Source of the DNA: a virus
Lineage: Duplodnaviria > Caudoviricetes
Direction: 5' to 3' (one strand)
DNA length: 57,314 bases
Virus record (IMG/VR): IMGVR_UViG_3300042884_000922
Span: 1 to 57,314 of that record
A program made the position numbers and the translations under genes. Positions 8,938 through 17,366 of this stretch are shown piece after piece. Position 1 is the stretch's first letter. The number at the start of each line of letters is the position of its first letter. Below the pieces are notes generated by a model. It ran no database searches, was not told where the DNA came from, and worked only from the letters and a program-made list of their open reading frames with translations.

Positions 8938-9393
8938 TTATGTCAATAGTTTTATTCCAAGACCTTTGATTGTGTCTTCAGTCCATACTTCAAATGACCA
9001 TCCCCGATCTGCGCAATATTCTCGCGCGGCCTCCCATTTTGATATATTTTTTGCATATGTTAATACCTCGGTAATATATGCTCGAGTCTTACGCGTCTTA
9101 ACCTTCGGTTCTTGTGTTTGCTTTTTTGGTTTTATCTCTATTAGATAAGTCTGTCCACTAGCAAAAATTATCTTAAGGTCAACAAAATAGCGGTGTGTTT
9201 TGCCATCCGATCGGCAACGATATGGTATGACGGTTTCTTCACTGCTCCATCGTGTTACCTCTGGGGTGTCATCGCACCATCTAAATACCTGCCGTTCCCA
9301 AAGAGAACGATACACTACAATCGAAGAATCACCATCATATTTTTCTCTATTCTTTACGGGATATTTACCACGATAATAGTGTCCCTTTGGCAT
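8938..9393 (-). CDS. gp4: Head completion nuclease gp4 (TnsA-like fold)
   Basis: YRSLWE...WSSEE...HRYFVD...LIEIKPKKQT...KWEAAREYC...WTE; adjacent to gp2. Confidence 0.92.
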   Translation of the reverse strand: MPKGHYYRGKYPVKNREKYDGDSSIVVYRSLWERQVFRWCDDTPEVTRWSSEETVIPYRCRSDGKTHRYFVDLKIIFASGQTYLIEIKPKKQTQEPKVKTRKTRAYITEVLTYAKNISKWEAAREYCADRGWSFEVWTEDTIKGLGIKLLT

Positions 9394-9411
9394 ATAAATA
9401 GTACTTATATG
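9391..9411. promoter_or_regulatory. Overlapping divergent late promoters
   Basis: CATATAAATA-G-TACTTATATG: TATAAATA on + (9393-9400) and TATAAGTA on - (9409-9402); contains the start codons of both gp4 and gp48. Confidence 0.7.
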
Positions 9412-10308
9412 GCTTTGACTTCACAGACTCCTTCATTTTCAAAGGGTGCGACATACAGTTCTATGTATTTTCCCAATGATCTCACCAAGGGCAATCGACC
9501 AATTATGCAAATGTCCTGCAATAAGGCTAGAAATAATCTCAATGATAAATTTTTTATCTTTTTACCAATGCCTCAAAGTTTAGCATTTTCTGACGCCGCG
9601 ACATATAATGACGCAGAACTTAATATGGCTGGTGTGGCTGCTGGCGCGCTAGGAGCAGCCTCAAGCGGAGGCATGGCGGGCGCTAAAGACTATATTAGTC
9701 GAGCAGTTGGTGGTGCTGTACCAAATAGTTTGGGAGAATTAGGTCAACTTACTGCTCAAATGGCGCCATTATCAGACGAAGTAAAGAGTGCAGTTAGTAT
9801 TGGTTTAGGGACAACTCTAAATAAAAATATTACCACAGAATTTACTGGAATGTCGACTCGTCGATTTCAATTTCAAATGAAATTTATGACAAAGAGTCAA
9901 GAAGAGTCACAAACAATTCGTAATATATGCCGGGCATTTCGTATTGGTCTCTATGCTGAAGGAAATTCTTTACAACTTCAATATCCTCCAACATGGACCA
10001 TAAAATTTTTACACGGCAGTACATTAAATGATCTCGAATATATACCAAAAATATATGAGTGTTATCTCGACACAATGTCTACTACATATAATTCTAGTTC
10101 AAATTTGTGGTTCGAAGATGGCGCCCCGCTTGAATGTGATTTAGCCCTAACATTTATAGAAACTCGCGCACTTACTGCAGCAGACATAAAAGATTTGGAT
10201 GATACTGCATTTAGCGAAATTCGTAATAAAAACGTAGAAGTTCAAACTTCTCCATCGCGCGTCAGCGTTATAACATCAACAAACACATCATCCAACCAAT
10301 TACCATAG
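9409..10308 (+). CDS. gp48: Baseplate tail-tube cap gp48-like
   Basis: IFLPMP...FTGMSTRRFQFQMKF...SQEES...YPPTW...CYLDTMSTTY...DGAP...LTFIE; ATG 9409 follows the late promoter (the 9193 start overlaps gp4). Confidence 0.8.
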   Translation: MALTSQTPSFSKGATYSSMYFPNDLTKGNRPIMQMSCNKARNNLNDKFFIFLPMPQSLAFSDAATYNDAELNMAGVAAGALGAASSGGMAGAKDYISRAVGGAVPNSLGELGQLTAQMAPLSDEVKSAVSIGLGTTLNKNITTEFTGMSTRRFQFQMKFMTKSQEESQTIRNICRAFRIGLYAEGNSLQLQYPPTWTIKFLHGSTLNDLEYIPKIYECYLDTMSTTYNSSSNLWFEDGAPLECDLALTFIETRALTAADIKDLDDTAFSEIRNKNVEVQTSPSRVSVITSTNTSSNQLP

Positions 10309-10309
10309 T

Positions 10310-11500
10310 ATGTATTTTAATAGATTTCCAAAAATTCGATATAATGTTAATGGTAATGAACTATCATTTGTTGACATTAGTCGCATGGTTAAAGTAAATA
10401 AGTCTAGAAGCATACCTGATACATACACTGACTATTTGCTCTATACAATACCAGATGGAGTAAGACCTGATATATTGTCTCATATGCTCTATGGCAAACC
10501 TGATTATTATTGGACATTTTTTGCAATTAACGAGCAATTAAAAGAAAATTTATATTATGACTGGCCGTTGTCATATCAAAAGTTTGAGCGTATGATAGAG
10601 TCTGAATATGATCGGTATAGCGCAATTACGTTTAAACCAATATATGATATTGTTGGAGAATATAATAATAAAACATATGCTCCAAATTCACGAAATATAT
10701 TTGAAAATGCTGTTTTAGATGAAAAATATTTGCCATACCTGCAGATAGTGGCAAAAAATTCAAATACATCATTTGACTATAATTCTTCTCTAGTTGCCCC
10801 GGTTGATGGCAATCTATATGCAAAAATAGCAAAATATGATAGCCGCATGTGTCAACTAATTGTCTATGACATTAGAAATCCAAATAACGGAGACAGACTT
10901 GTAGAGGATCGAACGGCGTTTACTAATAAGAGTGCATTCTATTTAAAATTTGTAAACCCACATAAATTTGCTACAATAGACTATTATAAAGTCTATGATA
11001 TCGAAACAGAATGGTTATATAAATCATACATTCTCTATAGAGATGACTGTTTGGTAATTGATGATCTTATATCTAATAGATTGGACACATACAGTATAGC
11101 AATAGCAAAAGAAATTGAAGAAGTTTTAGAGTTTAGAAATGATGTAAAAAATATTCGTGACTATTTTAGAGATGAGACAATAACTGATAGATTTTTTTAC
11201 TCTACAAATTTCACTGGAGATTCGCCCGAAACATCAAACTATGCATACGCCTGGGAAAATTATCGATACGCAGCACACCAGTATTACGACACTGATGAGT
11301 ATGGCAATGAATATGAAATTTCAACCCTTGACCAACTTCATCCAGACAAAACGTCTGATTCTCTTTCTCGCTTTCCAAAATATTACAGCAACTATGACTA
11401 TGAATATAGTTTAAATGAAAAAAAATCACAGATAAAGACAATTCGTCCTGATAAAATTCGAGAATTCGTCGAAATCTATATGTCCGAAATTACACAATAA
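10310..11500 (+). CDS. gp53: Baseplate wedge subunit gp53-like, with a central insertion
   Basis: MYFNRFPKIRY, LysM-like RPDILSHMLYGKPDYYWTFFAIN, DWPL and C-terminal NYDYEYSLNEKKSQIK. Confidence 0.85.
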   Translation: MYFNRFPKIRYNVNGNELSFVDISRMVKVNKSRSIPDTYTDYLLYTIPDGVRPDILSHMLYGKPDYYWTFFAINEQLKENLYYDWPLSYQKFERMIESEYDRYSAITFKPIYDIVGEYNNKTYAPNSRNIFENAVLDEKYLPYLQIVAKNSNTSFDYNSSLVAPVDGNLYAKIAKYDSRMCQLIVYDIRNPNNGDRLVEDRTAFTNKSAFYLKFVNPHKFATIDYYKVYDIETEWLYKSYILYRDDCLVIDDLISNRLDTYSIAIAKEIEEVLEFRNDVKNIRDYFRDETITDRFFYSTNFTGDSPETSNYAYAWENYRYAAHQYYDTDEYGNEYEISTLDQLHPDKTSDSLSRFPKYYSNYDYEYSLNEKKSQIKTIRPDKIREFVEIYMSEITQ

Positions 11501-11503
11501 GTT

Positions 11504-12955
11504 ATGTCAACCAATAGTGTACCAAATAGAAACACTCCAAAAGTATCGCAATATGATACACAACTTGGCGTTATACCATCTACATACTCAATAAAGGCAT
11601 TTGATTTAACAAATTCAGAGGAGATAACAAAAAGTATAATTCCAATTGTCAAGGAATTTTCCATGACTGAAGAACTCTTTAGTCCAGTAAACGTTTTAAA
11701 TATAAAAATTTATGACGATATAAATTTCTTTGAGGAGATGGGATTAAACGGCCAAGAAAAAGTCTATTTAAAAATTGAAATAGAATGTTTAGTTTCTTCA
11801 GATTCTAAAGAAGAAAATTTAGAAACTAGAAATGGCGGCAGCAAAGTGCGTAAAAAAACCTATGAATATACATTTGCTGTAAAAGAATATCCAAACTATC
11901 AAAAGGATATAAACTCACAGGGTGTCCAAGAGTATAATATGATATGCATACCAACTTATGCATATCTGAGTGCGTTATCACGAATTAGTCGTGCAATAAC
12001 AGGCCCAGTAATTGATAATATCAAAAATATATTTACAAATGATCTTTATCTTGGGAAAGACAGTAAAGATGAAAAACTTGAAGTTGTTGGCAATCCAATG
12101 ACACAATTTGAGGGCATTATTACAATTCAATCTCCATTAAAGGCAATCGAATGGCTAAGGTCAAAACTGTATGATGATATTTCTTCTCCGTTTTTTATCT
12201 ACCGACCTCTTCGTGAAAATAAAATATTCATACATTGTTTAACAAACATAACTGAAGAAGAAAAATATCGAGTCTTTAGATATATTCCGTTTTTACAAAA
12301 ATCTGCGCAAAACGCCTCAGACGAAGCGTATAATAGAATATATAATTTACGAGGAGTCGTAAAAATGGATAAACTTGCTCAAGCTTTAGGTGGCGGATTT
12401 TCTTCTAAGGTGCAACTAACAAATATTACAAAAAAGTCAGTCACTGAAAAAACACTAAACTATGCTGAGTCTATTTCTAAAAAAATTACAAGCAAATTAA
12501 ATCCTCTTACTTCATACATAAAAAGTATTGTATTTTTAAATAACAATAATAGATCATCATCTGGATCTTCTAATAATAAGGCCTCATTAGAAGACTATGC
12601 TGATGCAAATACGGTAAATGTTCAGTCAAACACGTCAGCAGATAATTCTCTTTCAGCTGATGACGTAATTGATAATCTTATATTACAACAATCTTTGATA
12701 TCTCGGTTAGAATCTAGAAATCAAGAAATTGAAGTTAATGGAGACATGCATCTAAATCCAGGTCAAAAAATTGACATGCAAATTGGTAGAATGTATAACC
12801 CAAAAAGAAAAGAAAAGAGTGATGAACTTGATACACAATACGCTCAAGATGATATTGATGAATTTTTATCTGGAATCTATATTATTGGGATTGCTGCACA
12901 TACATTTAAAGAAGGACTCTATCGTACGCGCTTAAAAGTATTTAATGATATATGA
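11504..12955 (+). CDS. Baseplate hub protein (gp27-like)
   Basis: Between gp53 and gp5; C-terminal EVNGDMHLNPGQKI...LSGIYII...H.F pattern of contractile-tail hubs. Confidence 0.6.
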   Translation: MSTNSVPNRNTPKVSQYDTQLGVIPSTYSIKAFDLTNSEEITKSIIPIVKEFSMTEELFSPVNVLNIKIYDDINFFEEMGLNGQEKVYLKIEIECLVSSDSKEENLETRNGGSKVRKKTYEYTFAVKEYPNYQKDINSQGVQEYNMICIPTYAYLSALSRISRAITGPVIDNIKNIFTNDLYLGKDSKDEKLEVVGNPMTQFEGIITIQSPLKAIEWLRSKLYDDISSPFFIYRPLRENKIFIHCLTNITEEEKYRVFRYIPFLQKSAQNASDEAYNRIYNLRGVVKMDKLAQALGGGFSSKVQLTNITKKSVTEKTLNYAESISKKITSKLNPLTSYIKSIVFLNNNNRSSSGSSNNKASLEDYADANTVNVQSNTSADNSLSADDVIDNLILQQSLISRLESRNQEIEVNGDMHLNPGQKIDMQIGRMYNPKRKEKSDELDTQYAQDDIDEFLSGIYIIGIAAHTFKEGLYRTRLKVFNDI

Positions 12956-14040
12956 ATATTAACAATTGGTTTACTGGAATTGTAGAAGACGTTAATGATC
13001 CATCTCAACAGGGACGAGTTCGTGTTCGGTGCATGAACTATCATAATGGCAATATTACTGAACTTCCAACAGAAAAATTGCCATGGGCAACATGTATTAT
13101 GCCAGTCACCAGCGCTGGGGTGTCTGGTATTGGTCAAAGCCCTACAGGACTTGTGCCAGGATCATGGGTACTTGGATTTTTTAGAGACGAAAATGATTTG
13201 CAAGATCCAATTATAATCGGTAGTATATCTACCGAAAAAGGCTATGAAATTGGATATAGCAATAATGTTGATGTAACTCCAAGTTTCTATTCTAGCGGAG
13301 AAACTTTAAAATTACTACCAACCGCAGCATCGCTCTATGGTTTCGCAGATCCACATGGAACCTATCCATTACGCACAGGAGCTGATATTCCTGATTCGTC
13401 GACTACGTCTCAAAACGCATTTAGCGCAAGTTTCTATGCAAAAAATAACGCTTCCTTAAATATTGCTGGGGTTGGAGTTGCTGATAGTGTAGTTGAAAGC
13501 AACCTATCATCATTTGAAGATGCTCCAAAATCAACTACACTTAGCGGTAGTTTGAGAGAAAAAATAATTTCGGTTGCGCGTGGTGAAGCTGGAGGTAGAA
13601 CAATAGAAGGACCAGCCAAAAACGATCACCCTAATATTAGAAAATATTGGAGTTATCTTGGTGCTGGAAAACCTCCTTTGCCGTATTGCGCAGCATTTGC
13701 ATCTTGGGTAATTGCTCAAGCTGGTCTAGATGAAAAAAAATGTCCAAAAACTGCAAGCTCTCAAGCTTTCATAACATGGGCAAAGAACAATACAGATATT
13801 GTAACTCTTACAGTCAACCCTACGCGAGGAGTGAAAGCTGGTGACATTATTGTATGGTCATCAGGCGGGGGAAAGGGCCATGTCGGCTTTGCTTCTGGAG
13901 ATTCAGACGACAGCGGAAGGTACGAAGCAATAGACGGTAATAGTAGTTCTGGAACTAGGGATGGCAAAGGCAAAGAGGGAGTGTTTGAAAAACCGAAAAA
14001 CGTGCGTGGCGCAAAGGCGCTAATTTCATGGAAAATATAA
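12952..14040 (+). CDS. gp5: gp5 N-terminal OB-fold fused to a CHAP-type peptidoglycan hydrolase
   Basis: WFTGIVEDVNDP...GRVRVR...LPWA...GSWVLGFFRD.....PIIIGS (gp5 OB); C-terminal PYCAAFASWV...GDIIVW...GHVG...IDGN (Cys/His CHAP). Confidence 0.85.
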   Translation: MNINNWFTGIVEDVNDPSQQGRVRVRCMNYHNGNITELPTEKLPWATCIMPVTSAGVSGIGQSPTGLVPGSWVLGFFRDENDLQDPIIIGSISTEKGYEIGYSNNVDVTPSFYSSGETLKLLPTAASLYGFADPHGTYPLRTGADIPDSSTTSQNAFSASFYAKNNASLNIAGVGVADSVVESNLSSFEDAPKSTTLSGSLREKIISVARGEAGGRTIEGPAKNDHPNIRKYWSYLGAGKPPLPYCAAFASWVIAQAGLDEKKCPKTASSQAFITWAKNNTDIVTLTVNPTRGVKAGDIIVWSSGGGKGHVGFASGDSDDSGRYEAIDGNSSSGTRDGKGKEGVFEKPKNVRGAKALISWKI

Positions 14041-14058
14041 CAGATATATAGGTATAGT

Positions 14059-15159
14059 ATGGCTATAGATTTTTCAAATATTACAGGTGGCATAGCTGGT
14101 TTAGTTAGTAAAGATTCAACAGCTAATGGCGGCGCGTCAACACCCGCTCAGTATGGCAGTAGTTGGGGTCCTCCAGCTTCTCCAGATACAAGCGTCTATC
14201 CGTTTAATAACGTGGTTGAGACTCGTTCGGGCCATGTATTTGAAGTTGATGACACGTTGGGCAACGAAAGAATCTATACGGGTCATAAGTCTGGAACCTA
14301 TCATGAGATTAATGCTAGTGGTGATTCTACAGTAGTTGTGCATGGCGATCGCTATACAACAATACTCGGCGAAGATAGTATCGTTATAAGTGGTGATGTT
14401 AATATTACCGTAAATGGCAACTGCAATACTACTGTCGCTGGCGACTATAACCTACGAGTAGATGGTAACTACACAGAAACAATTACTGGCACACGACGTA
14501 CAAAGGTTGGCGCAAATGACTTAAAAGAGGTTGTAGGACAGGAGGCTACAAACATTGGAAACGGCCGCAAATTGGTAATTCACGGCAGTGATAGTGTAAC
14601 ATGCAACGGTGACGCTGAAACACTCACAGTTGGATCAAGCAATACAACCATCGGAGGCGAGAATAACACAACATCACTCTTTGGAACAAATTTTATTGCA
14701 TATGGTAAATTTAATGCAACATCAGTGGTAGGTGGAATGAGTTTAACTTCTCTAACTGCAATGACTATTGGTGCTTCGACGAGTTTAGGAGTTTCATGTG
14801 TTGGCGCCCTTAATACTTATGGAAACCTAGTCACAAATACTTCAGCAGGGGCAATTGTAAATAATGCAGGTGGGGCAATTACGACCACTGCAGTAGGGGC
14901 ACTTTCTAATACTGCGGGAGGAGCGCTAATAAATTCTGCGGGTGGAGCACTTACTAATACAGCGGGCGGAGCACTTACTAATACAGCAGCCGGCGCATTA
15001 AGTAATAGTGCAGGTGGCGCTCTACTCAATACGGCGGGAGGAGCACTTATCAATACCGGAATATCTATAGTGGATACTGCTGCCACTATAACAATAGTTG
15101 GAGGAGGAAACGTTTCTGTAATTGGCTCTTCGTTAGCACTCGTACCAAACCCATGTTAA
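14059..15159 (+). CDS. gp5 C-terminal beta-helix spike, encoded as a separate gene
   Basis: YPFNNVVETRSGHVFEVDDTLGNERI...HKSGTYHEI followed by VxGxxxxx octapeptide repeats. Confidence 0.85.
   Translation: MAIDFSNITGGIAGLVSKDSTANGGASTPAQYGSSWGPPASPDTSVYPFNNVVETRSGHVFEVDDTLGNERIYTGHKSGTYHEINASGDSTVVVHGDRYTTILGEDSIVISGDVNITVNGNCNTTVAGDYNLRVDGNYTETITGTRRTKVGANDLKEVVGQEATNIGNGRKLVIHGSDSVTCNGDAETLTVGSSNTTIGGENNTTSLFGTNFIAYGKFNATSVVGGMSLTSLTAMTIGASTSLGVSCVGALNTYGNLVTNTSAGAIVNNAGGAITTTAVGALSNTAGGALINSAGGALTNTAGGALTNTAAGALSNSAGGALLNTAGGALINTGISIVDTAATITIVGGGNVSVIGSSLALVPNPC
14842..15057 (+). repeat. Nine 24-nt (8-aa) degenerate tandem repeats, AGGALxNT
   Basis: SAGAIVNN AGGAITTT AVGALSNT AGGALINS AGGALTNT AGGALTNT AAGALSNS AGGALLNT AGGALINT. 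Confidence 0.9.
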
Positions 15160-15180
15160 GTACAACCAAATTATAATTTT

Positions 15181-16914
15181 ATGCCAGAAGAAAATACAGA
15201 GACCGCTTCCGAAACCATTAATAGTACTGTAGATGATGCAGAAAAATTGGCGGTAAAGACAGATTTTTTGATTAGTGAAGGACTGGCAGCGGCGACCGCA
15301 GCTGAGGGCACTCTTGATTCGGCAGTCACAAATGCTCTTGATATCAATGACATTGAGATTGTTACACAGGCTAATCGTGTCATGGATCTTGCGCAGTGCG
15401 CAAAAAATATACCTGCTGCGCTGCTAGGACTCGCAATAAAAAAGGGAATATCATATCTTGCTAATTTGCCAATCACTGGAACAGCACTTGATATTGTTCA
15501 AATAATAGCTCTTATTCAAAAAATAATGGATCAATATGCTCTCTTGATGTTGCTAATTGAAAAATTAAAAGATCCAGAGACACTACTCATGATGTTAGCA
15601 AATGCTAAGATATTACAGGGCCAAAGTTTGATCCAGAAAATTGATGAAATCAAAAAGAACTTTCCTGGCGTAGAGGGACTTGATGGTGTGTTAAACAGTA
15701 TAGAATCACTTGACTTGTGTAATGCTGATTTTTCCCTTGAATATTTGCTTGGAGGAATTAAAAAATTACCACTAACTGAAATACCTACAGCAGTGGTATC
15801 TTTAAGAAGCAAATATGGCGGCGTTGTGACAGACAATTTAGACCGTAACCTAAAGGGAGACTATGATTCTGTGTTATTTAAGATACGAGAAGGCACTTTG
15901 AAGGATGACTCTCGTATAAATGAGTTGCGCAAGGCCGCAAGTAATGGTAGCGATACACAGGGTCTTCGGCACTATAATGAAATGCTTACGCTTGTAAATG
16001 TATTGGCATACAGTTATCATGACGATATTAAAAAAGCTGGAAAAGACGAGTCTCAATATGCAAGCATAAAGTCAAAATATGAACAAAATGTTGCAACTGA
16101 ACTGCAAAAGAATGGAGGTTCATGGAGTGCTGAGACTATAAATGATTTTAAAGGCCGCACTGCAACTATAGGCGCCGCGTTTAATTCAGGCGCCTCATCT
16201 GTTGGAGCTTTTTACAACCCAACTGTGAAGGGGGAAACAACTCAATATTCTACAACTGGAAATCAAGAGTATGGCGGGCTATCAAAGGAAGCATATGATC
16301 TTATGTTATTTTATGAAGTCGGCGGAGGTAAATCTTCATATGAAAAACTATACAGCAAAGCAAATTGGCCTGGCGGAAAAAGCGGCATAACTATTGGGAT
16401 TGGTTATGATATTGGAATGAATCGCCGCGGTACTTTTGTTTCAGATTGGACTGGAATACTTTCGGACTCAGATCTTAATAGATTAGCAGACTGTGCTGGC
16501 ATAATTGGAAGTGCGGCTAAAAATAAAGTTTCTTCTGTAAATGATATATCAATATCATGGGAAGCAGCCCAAGCGGTGTTTGTAAAGAAAACAATACCAC
16601 GATACAAAAGAGAGTGTCTTATAGCATTTCCAGGAGCAGATAAATTGCATCCAAGCGCGTTTGGAGCACTTTGCTCGATGGTATTTAATAGAGGTCCATC
16701 TACATCTGGTAAAAGGCGCGAAGAAATGGCAAATATACGCGCTGCCATTATAGGACAAACCAAGGTTACCGATATATACGATTATATTGCAAACCAGATT
16801 ATTGCAAGTAAACGAATATGGGCAAATACCGGTCAGAGTGGACTATTAAAACGAAGAGATAAAGAAGCAGCACTTGTTCGATCAGCAAAAGGAAGCAGCT
16901 CAAATGTTGCTTAA
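15181..16914 (+). CDS. Virion-associated protein with a C-terminal lysozyme-like (pesticin-C type) muramidase domain
   Basis: FYEVGG...NWPGGKSGITIGIGYDIG...ALCSMVFNRG...GLLKRRDKEAAL; helical N-terminal region; between gp5C and gp25. Confidence 0.72.
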   Translation: MPEENTETASETINSTVDDAEKLAVKTDFLISEGLAAATAAEGTLDSAVTNALDINDIEIVTQANRVMDLAQCAKNIPAALLGLAIKKGISYLANLPITGTALDIVQIIALIQKIMDQYALLMLLIEKLKDPETLLMMLANAKILQGQSLIQKIDEIKKNFPGVEGLDGVLNSIESLDLCNADFSLEYLLGGIKKLPLTEIPTAVVSLRSKYGGVVTDNLDRNLKGDYDSVLFKIREGTLKDDSRINELRKAASNGSDTQGLRHYNEMLTLVNVLAYSYHDDIKKAGKDESQYASIKSKYEQNVATELQKNGGSWSAETINDFKGRTATIGAAFNSGASSVGAFYNPTVKGETTQYSTTGNQEYGGLSKEAYDLMLFYEVGGGKSSYEKLYSKANWPGGKSGITIGIGYDIGMNRRGTFVSDWTGILSDSDLNRLADCAGIIGSAAKNKVSSVNDISISWEAAQAVFVKKTIPRYKRECLIAFPGADKLHPSAFGALCSMVFNRGPSTSGKRREEMANIRAAIIGQTKVTDIYDYIANQIIASKRIWANTGQSGLLKRRDKEAALVRSAKGSSSNVA

Positions 16915-16920
16915 TTTTAT

Positions 16921-16928
16921 TATAAATA
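16921..16928 (+). promoter_or_regulatory. T4-type late promoter TATAAATA
   Basis: Exact motif 6 nt before the gp25 ATG. Confidence 0.78.
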
Positions 16929-16934
16929 GAATAT

Positions 16935-17366
16935 ATGGCTCAACTGTCTGACTATAACTATGAACCGCGTTCTAGTAATATAGCAAGAGATCAACTCTAT
17001 AGTGATCTAGATCTTTCATTTCGCATACATCCAGTCATTAAAGATATTATGCCTCTGCGAGATGCAGAAGCTATTAAAAATTCATTAAAAAATCTGATAT
17101 TTTCATATATGTACAGCCGGCCTTTTTCGCCGTATATACAATCAAATATAAGAAATTTACTCTTTGAACCAAACACTATTTTCACTCAGCTGGCTATAAA
17201 AGATACCCTCACGCAAATAATAAGAGATCGTGAGTCTCGTATAGACAACTTTGAAGTAGATGTTGAAGATCAGACAGACACAAATTCATATAAAATAACA
17301 ATTACATTTCAAATATCATATGATATTGCAGAACAAACCGTGCTTTTTATAGAAAGATTGAGATAG
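16935..17366 (+). CDS. gp25: Baseplate wedge subunit gp25
   Basis: YSDLDLSF..HP...D......AIKNSLKNLI...RPF.P...LLFEP...ESRI...LR. Confidence 0.9.
   Translation: MAQLSDYNYEPRSSNIARDQLYSDLDLSFRIHPVIKDIMPLRDAEAIKNSLKNLIFSYMYSRPFSPYIQSNIRNLLFEPNTIFTQLAIKDTLTQIIRDRESRIDNFEVDVEDQTDTNSYKITITFQISYDIAEQTVLFIERLR

Noticed and set aside
8938-9393. TnsA-like transposase or homing endonuclease
   Set aside because: Motifs and position beside gp2 identify it as head completion protein gp4; no terminal repeats
9193-9408. 72-aa N-terminal extension of gp48 in the ORF track
   Set aside because: Overlaps gp4 on the other strand and lies upstream of the late promoter; ATG 9409 is the better start
14842-15057. 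Periodic repeats as a CRISPR array
   Set aside because: Degenerate in-frame coding repeats with no spacers; the same applies to 35042-35109 and to the 10-bp array at 52901
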